This document shows positions 7,813 through 17,291 of a stretch of 64,000 nucleotides of DNA, piece by piece. This DNA is from Candidatus Saccharimonadales bacterium (lineage in GTDB: Bacteria > Patescibacteriota > Saccharimonadia > Saccharimonadales > EFPC-124), in assembly GCA_035710125.1 (NCBI GenBank), contig DASTDY010000063.1:150446-214445 (forward strand), read 5' to 3'. A model generated the notes under the pieces. The model did no database searches. It was not told the origin of the DNA and saw only the letters and a list, made by a program, of their open reading frames with translations. The number at the start of each line of letters is the position of its first letter. The stretch's first letter is position 1. Position numbers and translations under genes: made by a program.

Positions 7813-8967
7813 ATGACTATTAAGCCTTTTACAATCAAAATCGATGATGACGCTATCGACGATTTAAAAAACCGGCTCGCGCACATCCGTTGGCCAGAAA
7901 GCCTCCAAGGTGACGGCTGGACACGCGGTGTGCCTAAAAAATACCTCAAAAAAATTGCGACGCATTGGGAGAAACAGTATGACTGGCGCACGCATGAGGC
8001 TGCCATAAACAAATATCCTCAGTTCATTGCAGACATAGATGGCCAACCAATCCATTTTATCCATGTGCAATCTACCCAAGCTAATGCAACGCCATTGTTG
8101 CTTAACCACGGCTACCCAGGTTCGATCGTAGAAATGCTACCGCTTATCGACCGGCTCACTAACCCTGTTGCCCATGGCGGTAAGGCAGACGAGGCGTTCC
8201 ATGTTGTAGTGCCGTCGCTACCTGGCTTTGGCTTCTCTAATCCTGTAAAAGAAGCAGGCTGGGACATAGCGCGTACAGCAAAAGCCTACGCAGCTTTGAT
8301 GAAAGAGCTTGGGTATAACAAATACGGCGTGCAAGGGAGCGACATCGGAGCCGGTATATGCCAACAGATCTGCCTGGTCGATCCAGAGCATGTCATAGGC
8401 GCCCACACCAGCAACGACCCAACCTCTTTGGCATTAACTGGCATGCTGGCTATGATCCCGACAGACATGCTCCCAGAAACAGAAAAGGCCCAAATCGAAC
8501 GCTGGAAGGCCTACGCAGAAGACGGCAAAGGTTACCTGCAGCTGCAATCAACCCGCCCAGAAACTATTGGTTTTGGGTTGAGCGATTCGCCGGTACTACA
8601 GCTTGCCTGGGTAATCGAAAAGTTTAAAGAATGGACAAACCCAGCGCACGAATTGCCAGAAGACGCAGTTGAACTAGACCAATTGCTTACTAATGTGAGC
8701 CTATATTGGTTTACTAATAGCGGTGCCTCGGCTGCCCAATTTTTGTACGAAGCCGCCCACGCAGCACCAAATTGGGGCGCTGTGCCAACAACTCCTGCTG
8801 GCAGTGCGATTTTTAATGCAGAATCGTTTATTCGTATGGTACTCGACCCCGAACACAAGTCGATCCACTGGTCTGAGTTTAAAGAAGGCGGCCATTTCCC
8901 AGGGTTTGAAGTCCCAGAGCTTTTGGCGGCCGACCTGCGCGCATTCTTTTACAAAAGCATTAAATAA
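7813..8967 (+). CDS. Epoxide hydrolase (microsomal EH-type alpha/beta hydrolase)
   Basis: EH N-terminal domain pattern (IDDLKNRLAHIRWPE...GVPKKYLKKIATHWEKQYDWRTHE), HGYPGS oxyanion motif, nucleophile GSDIGAG. RBS AAAGGAG. Confidence 0.8.
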   Translation: MTIKPFTIKIDDDAIDDLKNRLAHIRWPESLQGDGWTRGVPKKYLKKIATHWEKQYDWRTHEAAINKYPQFIADIDGQPIHFIHVQSTQANATPLLLNHGYPGSIVEMLPLIDRLTNPVAHGGKADEAFHVVVPSLPGFGFSNPVKEAGWDIARTAKAYAALMKELGYNKYGVQGSDIGAGICQQICLVDPEHVIGAHTSNDPTSLALTGMLAMIPTDMLPETEKAQIERWKAYAEDGKGYLQLQSTRPETIGFGLSDSPVLQLAWVIEKFKEWTNPAHELPEDAVELDQLLTNVSLYWFTNSGASAAQFLYEAAHAAPNWGAVPTTPAGSAIFNAESFIRMVLDPEHKSIHWSEFKEGGHFPGFEVPELLAADLRAFFYKSIK

Positions 8968-9120
8968 AAAAGCTACATCTCAAAAGGCATCGTGTAAAAG
9001 CGGTGCCTTTGTGCAGGGGACCGTGTGTTCTTGACATGAGAGTGTAGTTTTTTAAAATAAAATTACGGGGCTTTTATGCTTTCGAATTACATTACCCAAA
9101 ATAATGAAAGGAGAAAATAT

Positions 9121-9552
9121 ATGAGCAATCTCATGAGATGGGATCCATTTGCAGAATTAAGTGCTTTGCAGAAGCAGTTTTTTAGCGATGATTGGCCGTC
9201 ATCTGTAAAAGGGGTAGGAATGCCCACGACCGATGTCTACATTAAAGAAAACCAACTAGTCGTAGAAGCGCATCTGCCCAACTTTGAAGAAAAAGATGTG
9301 AATATCCAGATCGAAAACGGCGCCCTGGTCATTAGCGCCGAGCGTCATGAAAAAGAGGAAGATAAAAACAAGAAATTTGTCGTGCGAGAAAGCTCAAGCA
9401 GTTTTTATCGCAGGATTGCCTTACCCGACCGTGCAGATAAAGAAAAAGTAGAAGCACATTTAGATGGTGGCGTTTTAAAGGTGACTGTCCCTATGACGCC
9501 ACTGCCCGAGCCAAAGAAAATCATAATCACGGGTAAGACGTCTAAAAAGTAA
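9121..9552 (+). CDS. Small heat-shock protein, Hsp20/alpha-crystallin family
   Basis: MSNLMRWDPFAEL... with an alpha-crystallin domain (VYIKENQLVVEAHLPNF...GVLKVTVP). AAAGGAG lies 7 nt before ATG 9121, so the ORF-track start 9076 is probably too early. Confidence 0.9.
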   Translation: MSNLMRWDPFAELSALQKQFFSDDWPSSVKGVGMPTTDVYIKENQLVVEAHLPNFEEKDVNIQIENGALVISAERHEKEEDKNKKFVVRESSSSFYRRIALPDRADKEKVEAHLDGGVLKVTVPMTPLPEPKKIIITGKTSKK

Positions 9553-9567
9553 GAGGTAAGCTAAAAA

Positions 9568-9600
9568 ATATAACCGTTGGCGCCCAACGGTTATATTTTT
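9568..9600. terminator. Rho-independent (bidirectional) terminator between hsp20 and tRNA-Arg
   Basis: Perfect 13-bp stem ATATAACCGTTGG / CCAACGGTTATAT with loop CGC, flanked by an A-run and a T-run. Confidence 0.8.
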
Positions 9601-9613
9601 ATGTATAAGTTTA

Positions 9614-9690
9614 TGGTACGCCCGGCAAGATTCGAACTTGCGACCCCTTGGTTCGAAGCCAAGTACTCTGATCCACTGAGCTACGGGCGC
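9614..9690 (-). tRNA. tRNA-Arg (anticodon UCG)
   Basis: Cloverleaf read by eye: acceptor GCGCCCG/CGGGCGU, anticodon arm CUUGG-CUUCGAA-CCAAG, T-arm GCAAG-UUCGAAU-CUUGC, encoded CCA. Confidence 0.85.
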
Positions 9691-9763
9691 GTGTATCTGT
9701 TATTATAACAAATTTTTGGCCATAAAGGTGACTATCTGTTCATTATATTGCATTATAGATAAG

Positions 9764-10696
9764 ATGAGAGTTTTAGACCAACACATTGCCGTTCAGCCTG
9801 GGCGCTACGTAGTGGCAGTTTCAGGCGGTGTTGACTCAATGGTGTTATTGCATCTACTACATAATATTGCAAACGTTTCAATTGTTGCGGTTCATGTGGA
9901 CCACGGGATCCGGCCAGATTCTCACCAAGACCAATCCTTGGTAGAGGCATTTTGTATGTCGCACAATATTGAGTATGTGACACAGCAGCTCAATCTGGGG
10001 CAAGCGGCGAGCGAAGCTCAAGCCCGCAGTGCCCGATACAGGGTTTTGCAACAGTGTCGCATTGCTAGAAATGCCGATGCGATTATCACTGCGCATCACA
10101 GAGACGATCTTTTAGAGACTGCGATTATAAATATTATAAGAGGGACCGGCTGGCGAGGTATTGCCCCGTTTACCAATAGCGATACGGTGATCCGTCCGTT
10201 GCTGCACGTACCAAAAGAAGAGCTTATAAGATATGCGGCCGAAAATAGCGTTCCGTGGCGGCAGGACTCAACTAATCTCGACCAGCGCTATTTGCGAAAC
10301 TATGTCCGTCTTAGCGTTATGCCCGAACTTGCGAAACATAATCCTAAATGGGAGCAAGATTTTTTGCGACTTATTCGCAAACAACGAGCATTACGTCGCA
10401 CAATAGAAGACGAACTCGCAACATACCTTACTTCTATAACAAAATCGCGCGGCCCCGCTGTGTCTGGCAACCGGTACGACTGGATCATGCTGCCGTCGAC
10501 GCTTGCCTACGAGTGCCTGCAGGCTCTTTGTCGCCGGCATTGCGGTAATAGCTTGGAACGTGCTAAAGCGCAATCGGCAATGATTTTTATTAAAGTAGCC
10601 AGGCCTGGCAAGGTTATGGTTTTGAATGACCATTGGCAAATAAGGGCTACAATGCGCGAATTCATTGTAGAATCTCGTTTGTCCATGGTAAAGTAG
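9764..10696 (+). CDS. tilS: tRNA(Ile)-lysidine synthetase
   Basis: PP-loop VAVSGGVDSMVLLHLL followed by HVDHGIR and AHHRDD. I prefer the internal ATG at 9764 (MRVLDQH...) over the ORF-track start 9716. Confidence 0.8.
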   Translation: MRVLDQHIAVQPGRYVVAVSGGVDSMVLLHLLHNIANVSIVAVHVDHGIRPDSHQDQSLVEAFCMSHNIEYVTQQLNLGQAASEAQARSARYRVLQQCRIARNADAIITAHHRDDLLETAIINIIRGTGWRGIAPFTNSDTVIRPLLHVPKEELIRYAAENSVPWRQDSTNLDQRYLRNYVRLSVMPELAKHNPKWEQDFLRLIRKQRALRRTIEDELATYLTSITKSRGPAVSGNRYDWIMLPSTLAYECLQALCRRHCGNSLERAKAQSAMIFIKVARPGKVMVLNDHWQIRATMREFIVESRLSMVK

Positions 10697-10736
10697 ACCT
10701 ACTAATAGCTTTCTCCAAAAAGGACAGAATAGACAA

Positions 10737-12581
10737 GTGAAACCATCTAAACAACCTTCTAAATTCATGCGGCTGACAATTTTTTGGTCGTTTTTAATTG
10801 TGATCGCTCTTGTTTTATGGGCGGTGTACTCGCCCCAGCAGAGCTTAAAAGACGTTTCTTTTAGTGACGTTATTCGGCGTGCAAATAGTGGTGAGATTAC
10901 TAAGATCCAAATCGAAGGTAACGAGCTTACTGTAACGCCAAAGGGCAGCGACAAGCCAACCGAGAAATCAATTAAAGAAGATGGCAGCAATATTTACGAG
11001 CAGGGCCTAAAACAAGGCGTGACAGAAGTCGCAGTAAAAAAACCTTCTGACACCAACAGCACAATTTGGAATATTGCAAGCATTTTGCTGCCTGTCTTGC
11101 TGTTCGGCGGTTTCTTTTTCTTGATGTTCCGCCAAGCGCAAGGACAGAGCAACCAGGCAATGGGCTTTGGCCGTTCTAAGGCACGTCTATATGGCAACGA
11201 AAAAGATAAAATTGTTTTCGGCGACATTGCCGGCAACCAAGAGGCCAAACAAGACCTAGTAGAAGTTGTAGACTTTCTAAAACACCCTAAGAAGTTTAAA
11301 GAAGTGGGCGCTAAAATTCCTAAAGGTGTGCTGCTTGTAGGCCCTCCAGGAACCGGTAAAACTATGCTTGCCCGCGCCGTTGCAGGCGAGGCTGGCGTGC
11401 CATTCTTTAGCATATCTGGTTCTGAATTTGTAGAAATGTTTGTTGGTGTTGGCGCCAGCCGCGTGCGCGACCTATTTGCCAAGGCTAAAAAGAACGCACC
11501 ATGCATTATTTTCATAGACGAAATCGATGCTGTTGGCCGCCGCCGTGGCAGTGGTATGGGCGGTGGACATGACGAGCGCGAACAAACCTTGAACCAAATT
11601 TTGGTAGAGATGGACGGGTTCGAGCAAGACACCAACGTGATCGTGCTTGCCGCTACTAACCGGTCTGACGTGTTAGACCCAGCATTACTGCGCCCTGGCC
11701 GCTTTGACCGCCGTGTGCAGATTACATTGCCAGAGCGCCGCGACCGCGAGGCGATCCTTAAGGTCCATTTTGCCAATAAGCCCGTCGAAAAAAGTGTAGA
11801 CCTTGATTCCTTGGCTGCAAAAACTGCTGGCTCATCTGGTGCAGACCTTGCCAATATTGCCAACGAAGCCGCAATTATAACTGCCCGCCACAACCGTAAA
11901 TCTATTACCAACAAAGACATTACAGAGGCGTTCGAGAAAGTAGCCATTGGCCCAGAGCGCAAGACTAAGGTTATGAGCGAGGCCGAGAAAGAGCTCACTG
12001 CCTATCACGAGGCAGGCCATGCCATTGTTGGCCACGTGCTGCCAGATTCTGACCCTGTGCACAAAGTAACAATCATTCCGCGTGGTGGCACAGGCGGTGT
12101 TACGTGGTTTTTGCCGCCGCAGGACCGTGTGTACACATCTATTGTTGAATTCAAAGACGTGCTGGCGCGATGCGTTGGTGGCCGCATTGCAGAAAAGGTC
12201 CGCTACGGCGATGACCGCGTAACTACTGGCGCTGGCGATGATCTGCGTAAAGCAGCCTCGATTGCTCGCAACATGGTTGTTGAAGAAGGCATGGGCAAGG
12301 GCCTGCGCGATATGGTCTTCCATGAAGACCAAGGCGGCATGATGTTCGACCGTATGGTCCACGAGCGCCCTTATTCTGAAGAAACCGCCAAGCTTATAGA
12401 CCAAGAAGTAGAGGGCCTATTGCGTGAAGCATCGGTGCGCGCCGAAGCAATTATCCGCGCCAACCCGGGCCCGATCAAAAAGCTTGCCGACGCCCTACTT
12501 AAAAAAGAAACCGTTGAAGGCCCTGAAGTAAAAGAATTGTTATCAGAAGCAAAACTACCTAAAGAAGCTGCCTTGTACTAA
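10737..12581 (+). CDS. ftsH: ATP-dependent zinc metalloprotease FtsH
   Basis: N-terminal TM helices, Walker [12 protein letters not shown] region, zinc motif [11 protein letters not shown] start. Confidence 0.95.
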   Translation: MKPSKQPSKFMRLTIFWSFLIVIALVLWAVYSPQQSLKDVSFSDVIRRANSGEITKIQIEGNELTVTPKGSDKPTEKSIKEDGSNIYEQGLKQGVTEVAVKKPSDTNSTIWNIASILLPVLLFGGFFFLMFRQAQGQSNQAMGFGRSKARLYGNEKDKIVFGDIAGNQEAKQDLVEVVDFLKHPKKFKEVGAKIPKGVLLVGPPGTGKTMLARAVAGEAGVPFFSISGSEFVEMFVGVGASRVRDLFAKAKKNAPCIIFIDEIDAVGRRRGSGMGGGHDEREQTLNQILVEMDGFEQDTNVIVLAATNRSDVLDPALLRPGRFDRRVQITLPERRDREAILKVHFANKPVEKSVDLDSLAAKTAGSSGADLANIANEAAIITARHNRKSITNKDITEAFEKVAIGPERKTKVMSEAEKELTAYHEAGHAIVGHVLPDSDPVHKVTIIPRGGTGGVTWFLPPQDRVYTSIVEFKDVLARCVGGRIAEKVRYGDDRVTTGAGDDLRKAASIARNMVVEEGMGKGLRDMVFHEDQGGMMFDRMVHERPYSEETAKLIDQEVEGLLREASVRAEAIIRANPGPIKKLADALLKKETVEGPEVKELLSEAKLPKEAALY

Positions 12582-12639
12582 AAACCCGCATCGCGTTATA
12601 GTGGTTGTCGATCCTGCACAACCAACGGGATGGGTATTC

Positions 12640-13242
12640 ATGAAGCGTACGCTTGTAGCAAAAGGCACGGTAGAGTCTGTGCTAATGACGCCGCACAACC
12701 AGGCGACATCGGAGCAGCAAACCGTGTTGCCCGTGAGCCATGCCTATGGGCTGAGCGGCGACAGGCACTCTGGCGGATACGTGGTGAGCGGCCACGACGA
12801 CGATCTGCTTAGCCTTGGCTTCACCAAGGGGACGCCAGCGGCCAACCTGCGGCAGTTTTCTATGGTGAGCACCGAAGAGCTGGCCGCGATCGCCGAGGAG
12901 ATGCAGCTGCCAGGCAGCGTCATGCCGCCCGGCTTGCTCGGCGAAAACATTGTGGTTTCGGGCATCGCAGATCTGACGAGCACGCTGAAAGCTGGCTCGT
13001 TGCTCTGCTTCACCCGCCGTAACACCGACATGCCTCAGGCGGCATTGCTGGTGACTGGGCCAAATGAGCCTTGCGGGCACCCCCACGCCAACATCGTGGC
13101 CCACTTTGGCGGGCCGGCAGAGTTCAAAGCACGTATGCCGTTCCTTAAGGCTGCGGCTGGGCGTCGCGGCGTAGTTGGCTTGGTGCGTGTTGGCGGCGGG
13201 ATCGAGCCTGGCGACACCATGCAGGTGTGGGCAGTCGCCTAA
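12640..13242 (+). CDS. MOSC domain protein (YiiM-like)
   Basis: GLSGDRHSG...PPGLLGENIVVSGI...ALLVTGPNEPC...GVVGLVRVGGGIEPGD matches the MOSC pattern. Visibly more G+C-rich than its neighbours. ATG at 12640 (MKRTL) preferred. Confidence 0.65.
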   Translation: MKRTLVAKGTVESVLMTPHNQATSEQQTVLPVSHAYGLSGDRHSGGYVVSGHDDDLLSLGFTKGTPAANLRQFSMVSTEELAAIAEEMQLPGSVMPPGLLGENIVVSGIADLTSTLKAGSLLCFTRRNTDMPQAALLVTGPNEPCGHPHANIVAHFGGPAEFKARMPFLKAAAGRRGVVGLVRVGGGIEPGDTMQVWAVA

Positions 13243-13364
13243 GGTGTGTGTCTGCCAGACAGTGCTGTGATTTTTGCGGCACTGCCTGGCAGGCGCAAGA
13301 AACGCCCCACAAAGCCCTTTGTATCTGGTATAATAAGCCGTAAACCAAGCGCTCTACATACTTC

Positions 13365-14990
13365 ATGGTAAAAAAACTTTTTGCGCGCGCCAATGGCCGC
13401 TTAAGTGTTGGATTGGCTGCATCTTTGCTTGCCGGCTCGTCGTTAATTGCGAGCTTGCTTGGTTTATACCGCGAAAAATTACTGCTCACCAACTACTACG
13501 ATACCTATCCGCAAGGAATTGATGCCTACAAAGTTGCATTTACGATCCCAGATTTTATGTTTTTCTTGCTGGTGTCTGGTGCGTTGAGTGTGACACTAAT
13601 CCCAGTTTTTAACCAACGTCTCGCGGCGGGTAATAAAAAATCGGCTTGGGAGCTTTGCTCGAGCTTGGTCAACTTGTTTGCGGTCGCAACATTTATTACC
13701 AGCATTTTAATTATTATTTTCGCTGAGCCGCTTATACAGTATGTGGTTGCTCCAGGGCTCGATGAAGATACGCGCGGCCTTGCAGTGTCACTTATGCGCG
13801 TTATTGCGATTAACCCGTTCTTGTTTTCTATTTCTACCGTGCTTGCCAGTATGCAACAGGCGGTGGGGCGGTTTTTCTTTTATGCGCTCGCACCGTCTAT
13901 GTATTCGCTGGGGATTATTATTGGGATTTTATTCCTTACCAACAAAATTACATTTTTCGGCGTCACCATTTTTGAAGGCGGCATTATGGGTGTCGCCCTT
14001 GGTGTAGTGTTAGGGTCGATCATGCAGCTCATTGTAAGCAGTATTGGCATGGTTGGCATGAATTTTGCTTACCAGTTTAAAATCTTTTGGAAAAACCTTG
14101 CCTTTAGGCAAGTGCTGCGGCTCTTACCACCGCGGTCCGTTGACCAAGGTATCGACTACTTTAATAACCTGGTAGAAATAAACCTAGCGTCTAGGTTAGG
14201 TGCCGGCGCAATTACGGCATACCAGGTAGCCACAACACTGCACATGGTACCTATTACGCTCATTGGTGTGGCGATCTCTACTGCAGTATTTCCTAAACTT
14301 ACAGAGCAAGTTGCGAGAGGCCAGGGTGATTTGTTCCGTAAAGAAATCCAGATTATGCTGCGGGTAATTATTTGGCTGGCGTTGCCGGTGGCTGTTATCG
14401 CCTTTCTTGGTAGAGGCTACTTAGTGAGCTTTATTAAGGTGGGCGGTGCTGCCGAGATTGCAGATATTTTAGGCACGCTTGCGATTGCTATTTTGTTTAG
14501 GTCTATCTACCACCTGGCGTCGCGCACATTTTACGCCCAGCAAGATACGCGCACACCGCTGTATATATCTATTGGCACCATTTTGCTCAACATTGTATTG
14601 GCAGCCACATTTGTGCTAGTGCTGCATATGGGCGTGTTCGGTTTGGCGGCAGCCCAGGCGATTGTGTCGTTTGTAGAAGTGGTGATTTTGTTTACCATAA
14701 TGTCGCGCCGTATCAGCAATCTGTTTAATACGCCGTTCATATATGGTATACTGCGCATGATTTCTGCAACCGGCCTGATGTTTGTGGTGACCTACATAAT
14801 GATTAAAGTCTTCAACCTTACATCGCTTGGCACGAGTATGTTCTCGCTGCTGCCTCCATTTATGCTCATTGTTGGCGTCAGCCTTGGATCATATCTGTTA
14901 TTTAGCCGATTATTGCAGATTGAAGAGGCAAAGCCCGTGCTTGCTAAGTTTAAGCAAATCGCGCTTAGCCGGATTCCGCCCGTAAAATAA
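13365..14990 (+). CDS. murJ: Lipid II flippase MurJ
   Basis: 541-aa polytopic membrane protein with a MurJ/MviN-type N-terminus (LLASSLIASLLGLYREKLL..., FTIPDFMFFLLVSGALS). Confidence 0.8.
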   Translation: MVKKLFARANGRLSVGLAASLLAGSSLIASLLGLYREKLLLTNYYDTYPQGIDAYKVAFTIPDFMFFLLVSGALSVTLIPVFNQRLAAGNKKSAWELCSSLVNLFAVATFITSILIIIFAEPLIQYVVAPGLDEDTRGLAVSLMRVIAINPFLFSISTVLASMQQAVGRFFFYALAPSMYSLGIIIGILFLTNKITFFGVTIFEGGIMGVALGVVLGSIMQLIVSSIGMVGMNFAYQFKIFWKNLAFRQVLRLLPPRSVDQGIDYFNNLVEINLASRLGAGAITAYQVATTLHMVPITLIGVAISTAVFPKLTEQVARGQGDLFRKEIQIMLRVIIWLALPVAVIAFLGRGYLVSFIKVGGAAEIADILGTLAIAILFRSIYHLASRTFYAQQDTRTPLYISIGTILLNIVLAATFVLVLHMGVFGLAAAQAIVSFVEVVILFTIMSRRISNLFNTPFIYGILRMISATGLMFVVTYIMIKVFNLTSLGTSMFSLLPPFMLIVGVSLGSYLLFSRLLQIEEAKPVLAKFKQIALSRIPPVK

Positions 14991-14991
14991 C

Positions 14992-16767
14992 ATGAACCAC
15001 ATACGAAATTTCTGCATTATCGCACATATAGACCACGGTAAGTCAACACTGGCTGACCGATTGCTTGAGTTGACCAATACCGTGCAAAAACGCGATATGA
15101 AAGAACAACTTCTCGACCGCATGGACTTGGAGCGCGAAAAAGGCATTACAATCAAACTGCAACCCGTGCGTATGCGGTATAAAGACCACGAACTCAACCT
15201 AATAGATACTCCAGGTCACGTCGATTTTAGCTACGAGGTCTCCCGCAGCCTAGAAGCCTGCGAAACCGCATTGTTAGTGGTAGATGCTACGCAGGGCATT
15301 CAGGCGCAGACCCTTGCTAATGTGTATTTGGCGATTGCTGCCGACCTTACTATTATTCCAGTGCTCAACAAAATTGACCTTCCCGCCGCCGACACCGACC
15401 GCGTTGCAAACGAAATTATCCGCCTACTTGGCTGCAAGCGCGAAGACATTTTAGAGGTGTCGGCTAAAACCGGCTTGAATGTTGGGCAGGTGCTTGACCG
15501 CATTATACAGGTAGGCCGGCCGCCAAAAGGTGAGCCTGCAGACAGCCTGCGCGCACTGGTGTTCGATTCCATGTACGACGACTACCGCGGCGTTGTGCTA
15601 TACGTGCGCATAATAGACGGTACGCTCGCCAAAAATAATGCAATCCACATGATGGCTGCCGACGCCGACGGGATAGCCTTAGAAGTCGGGCACTTATCCC
15701 CCACTATGAGCCCTGACCCTTCGTTACAAACTGGCCAGATTGGCTATATAGTGACCAACTTTAGGACTGTCGCCCAGGCTAGGGTGGGCGATACGGTCAC
15801 GCTTGTCCAAAAACCCGCACTCGTTGCGCTGCCAGGCTACAAAGAAGCCAAGCCGTTTGTGTACGCGGGTGTGTTCCCAAGCTCTAACCAAGATTATCCT
15901 GCACTTAAAGATGCGCTCGAAAAGCTCAGTTTAAACGATGCTGCCTTGCAGTATACGCTAGAGAACAGCCAGGTGCTTGGCCACGGTTTTCGGGTTGGGT
16001 TTTTGGGCCTTCTGCATATGGACATAGTGCGCGAACGGCTAGAACGAGAGTACAACCTAGAGCTAATAGTCACCAACCCCTCAACCGACTACCAGATAAA
16101 ACTTATAGATGGTACACAAAAAGAAATCCAAAACGCCGCGGACTTGCCAGACATAACCAAGGTGCAAGAAATTAGCGAACCCTGGATTAAAGGCGAGGTC
16201 GCATGCCCTGGTGACTACGTAGGTAACGTAATCCAGCTTATTGTGCAGCAGCGCGGCGTGCAAAAACATATAGAATATGTCGACGACCAATTGGCGCTCG
16301 TTAGCTTTGAGGCGCCGCTCGCCAACATGCTCACCGACTTTTACGACCAACTAAAAAGCATTACGAGCGGATACGGTTCTTTTAATTACGAATTATCTGG
16401 CTACCGGCCAGAAGATTTGGTGCGGCTCGATTTTTTGGTAGCATCAGAAAGAGTAGACAGTTTAAGCCTTATGGTGCACCGCTCCGAATCTATGCGTATG
16501 GGCCGCGAAATAGTTAACCGGCTCAAAGAGGTGATCCCAAAGCAGTTATTCCAGGTAGCGGTGCAGGCCGCAATTGGCGGCAAAATTATTGCACGGGCTG
16601 ATGTTCAGGCTAATAAAAAAGATGTGACGGGCCATTTGTATGGCGGCGATGTCAGCCGAAAAAAGAAGCTTTGGGCCAAGCAAAAAGCCGGAAAAGCTCG
16701 CATGAAAAAGTTCGGCAAGGTAGAAATCCCAGCCGAAGCTTTTACAGTGCTTTTAAAACGCGACTAA
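14992..16767 (+). CDS. lepA: Elongation factor 4 (LepA)
   Basis: IRNFCIIAHIDHGKSTLADRLLE, DTPGHVDF, NKIDL, and the LepA-specific C-terminal region. Confidence 0.95.
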   Translation: MNHIRNFCIIAHIDHGKSTLADRLLELTNTVQKRDMKEQLLDRMDLEREKGITIKLQPVRMRYKDHELNLIDTPGHVDFSYEVSRSLEACETALLVVDATQGIQAQTLANVYLAIAADLTIIPVLNKIDLPAADTDRVANEIIRLLGCKREDILEVSAKTGLNVGQVLDRIIQVGRPPKGEPADSLRALVFDSMYDDYRGVVLYVRIIDGTLAKNNAIHMMAADADGIALEVGHLSPTMSPDPSLQTGQIGYIVTNFRTVAQARVGDTVTLVQKPALVALPGYKEAKPFVYAGVFPSSNQDYPALKDALEKLSLNDAALQYTLENSQVLGHGFRVGFLGLLHMDIVRERLEREYNLELIVTNPSTDYQIKLIDGTQKEIQNAADLPDITKVQEISEPWIKGEVACPGDYVGNVIQLIVQQRGVQKHIEYVDDQLALVSFEAPLANMLTDFYDQLKSITSGYGSFNYELSGYRPEDLVRLDFLVASERVDSLSLMVHRSESMRMGREIVNRLKEVIPKQLFQVAVQAAIGGKIIARADVQANKKDVTGHLYGGDVSRKKKLWAKQKAGKARMKKFGKVEIPAEAFTVLLKRD

Positions 16768-16997
16768 AGTTGGCTAGCCTGGGCTTTTCGTTTGCGTAGC
16801 CAGCGCTTGGCAATGAGAATACTGCCGGCTATCAACAACGAAACACCTAAGAATATTGGTAGGAGTACGTCGTAACCGGTATCGGCTAGTCCACCACCAG
16901 TTGCTCCAGTGCTTGCGCACTGCCCCTCGTCGTACGCGCCACTGCCGTACGTACCACAGTTATATGTTGCCGCTGCAAATTGTGTTATGTATGTCAT
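16764..16997 (-). CDS. Small Cys/Gly-rich protein with C-terminal LAxTG-type sorting signal
   Basis: 77 aa ending in GGLADTG + hydrophobic LLPIFLGVSLLIAGSILIA + KRWLRKRK. AAGGA lies 10 nt upstream of the ATG. No N-terminal signal peptide visible. Confidence 0.5.
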   Translation of the reverse strand: MTYITQFAAATYNCGTYGSGAYDEGQCASTGATGGGLADTGYDVLLPIFLGVSLLIAGSILIAKRWLRKRKAQASQL

Positions 16998-17087
16998 GAT
17001 CGTTGAATCCTTATTGCCATTCTAGCATAAACACTATAAGCTAAAAGTACATAATGTTTTTGGGGTAATCCCGAGGGAGAGTATAAG

Positions 17088-17291
17088 GTGAATACATTTG
17101 CAGATATTTTAGGTATCGGCGCACCAGAGCTGCTCATCGTTTTGGCGATTGTGCTGCTTTTGTTCGGTGGTAAAAAATTGCCAGAACTATTTAAGAGTGC
17201 CGGTTCGTCTGTTCGCGAACTACGCAAAGGGTTGAATGGCGACGAGAATGTCAAGCCAAAAACCTCTAGCACCAGCGTCGAAAACCGCTAA
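17088..17291 (+). CDS. tatA: Twin-arginine translocase subunit TatA/E
   Basis: GAPELLIVLAIVLLLFGGKKLPELFKSAGSSVRELRKG is a typical TatA TM helix plus amphipathic helix. GTG start after GGGAGAG. Confidence 0.85.
   Translation: MNTFADILGIGAPELLIVLAIVLLLFGGKKLPELFKSAGSSVRELRKGLNGDENVKPKTSSTSVENR

Noticed and set aside
17236-17291. 56-nt overlap of tatA and tatC as a possible frameshift or fusion
   Set aside because: tatA ends with a normal stop and a complete TatA sequence. The overlap most likely reflects an over-extended tatC start in the ORF track, although I could not pick a better start with confidence.
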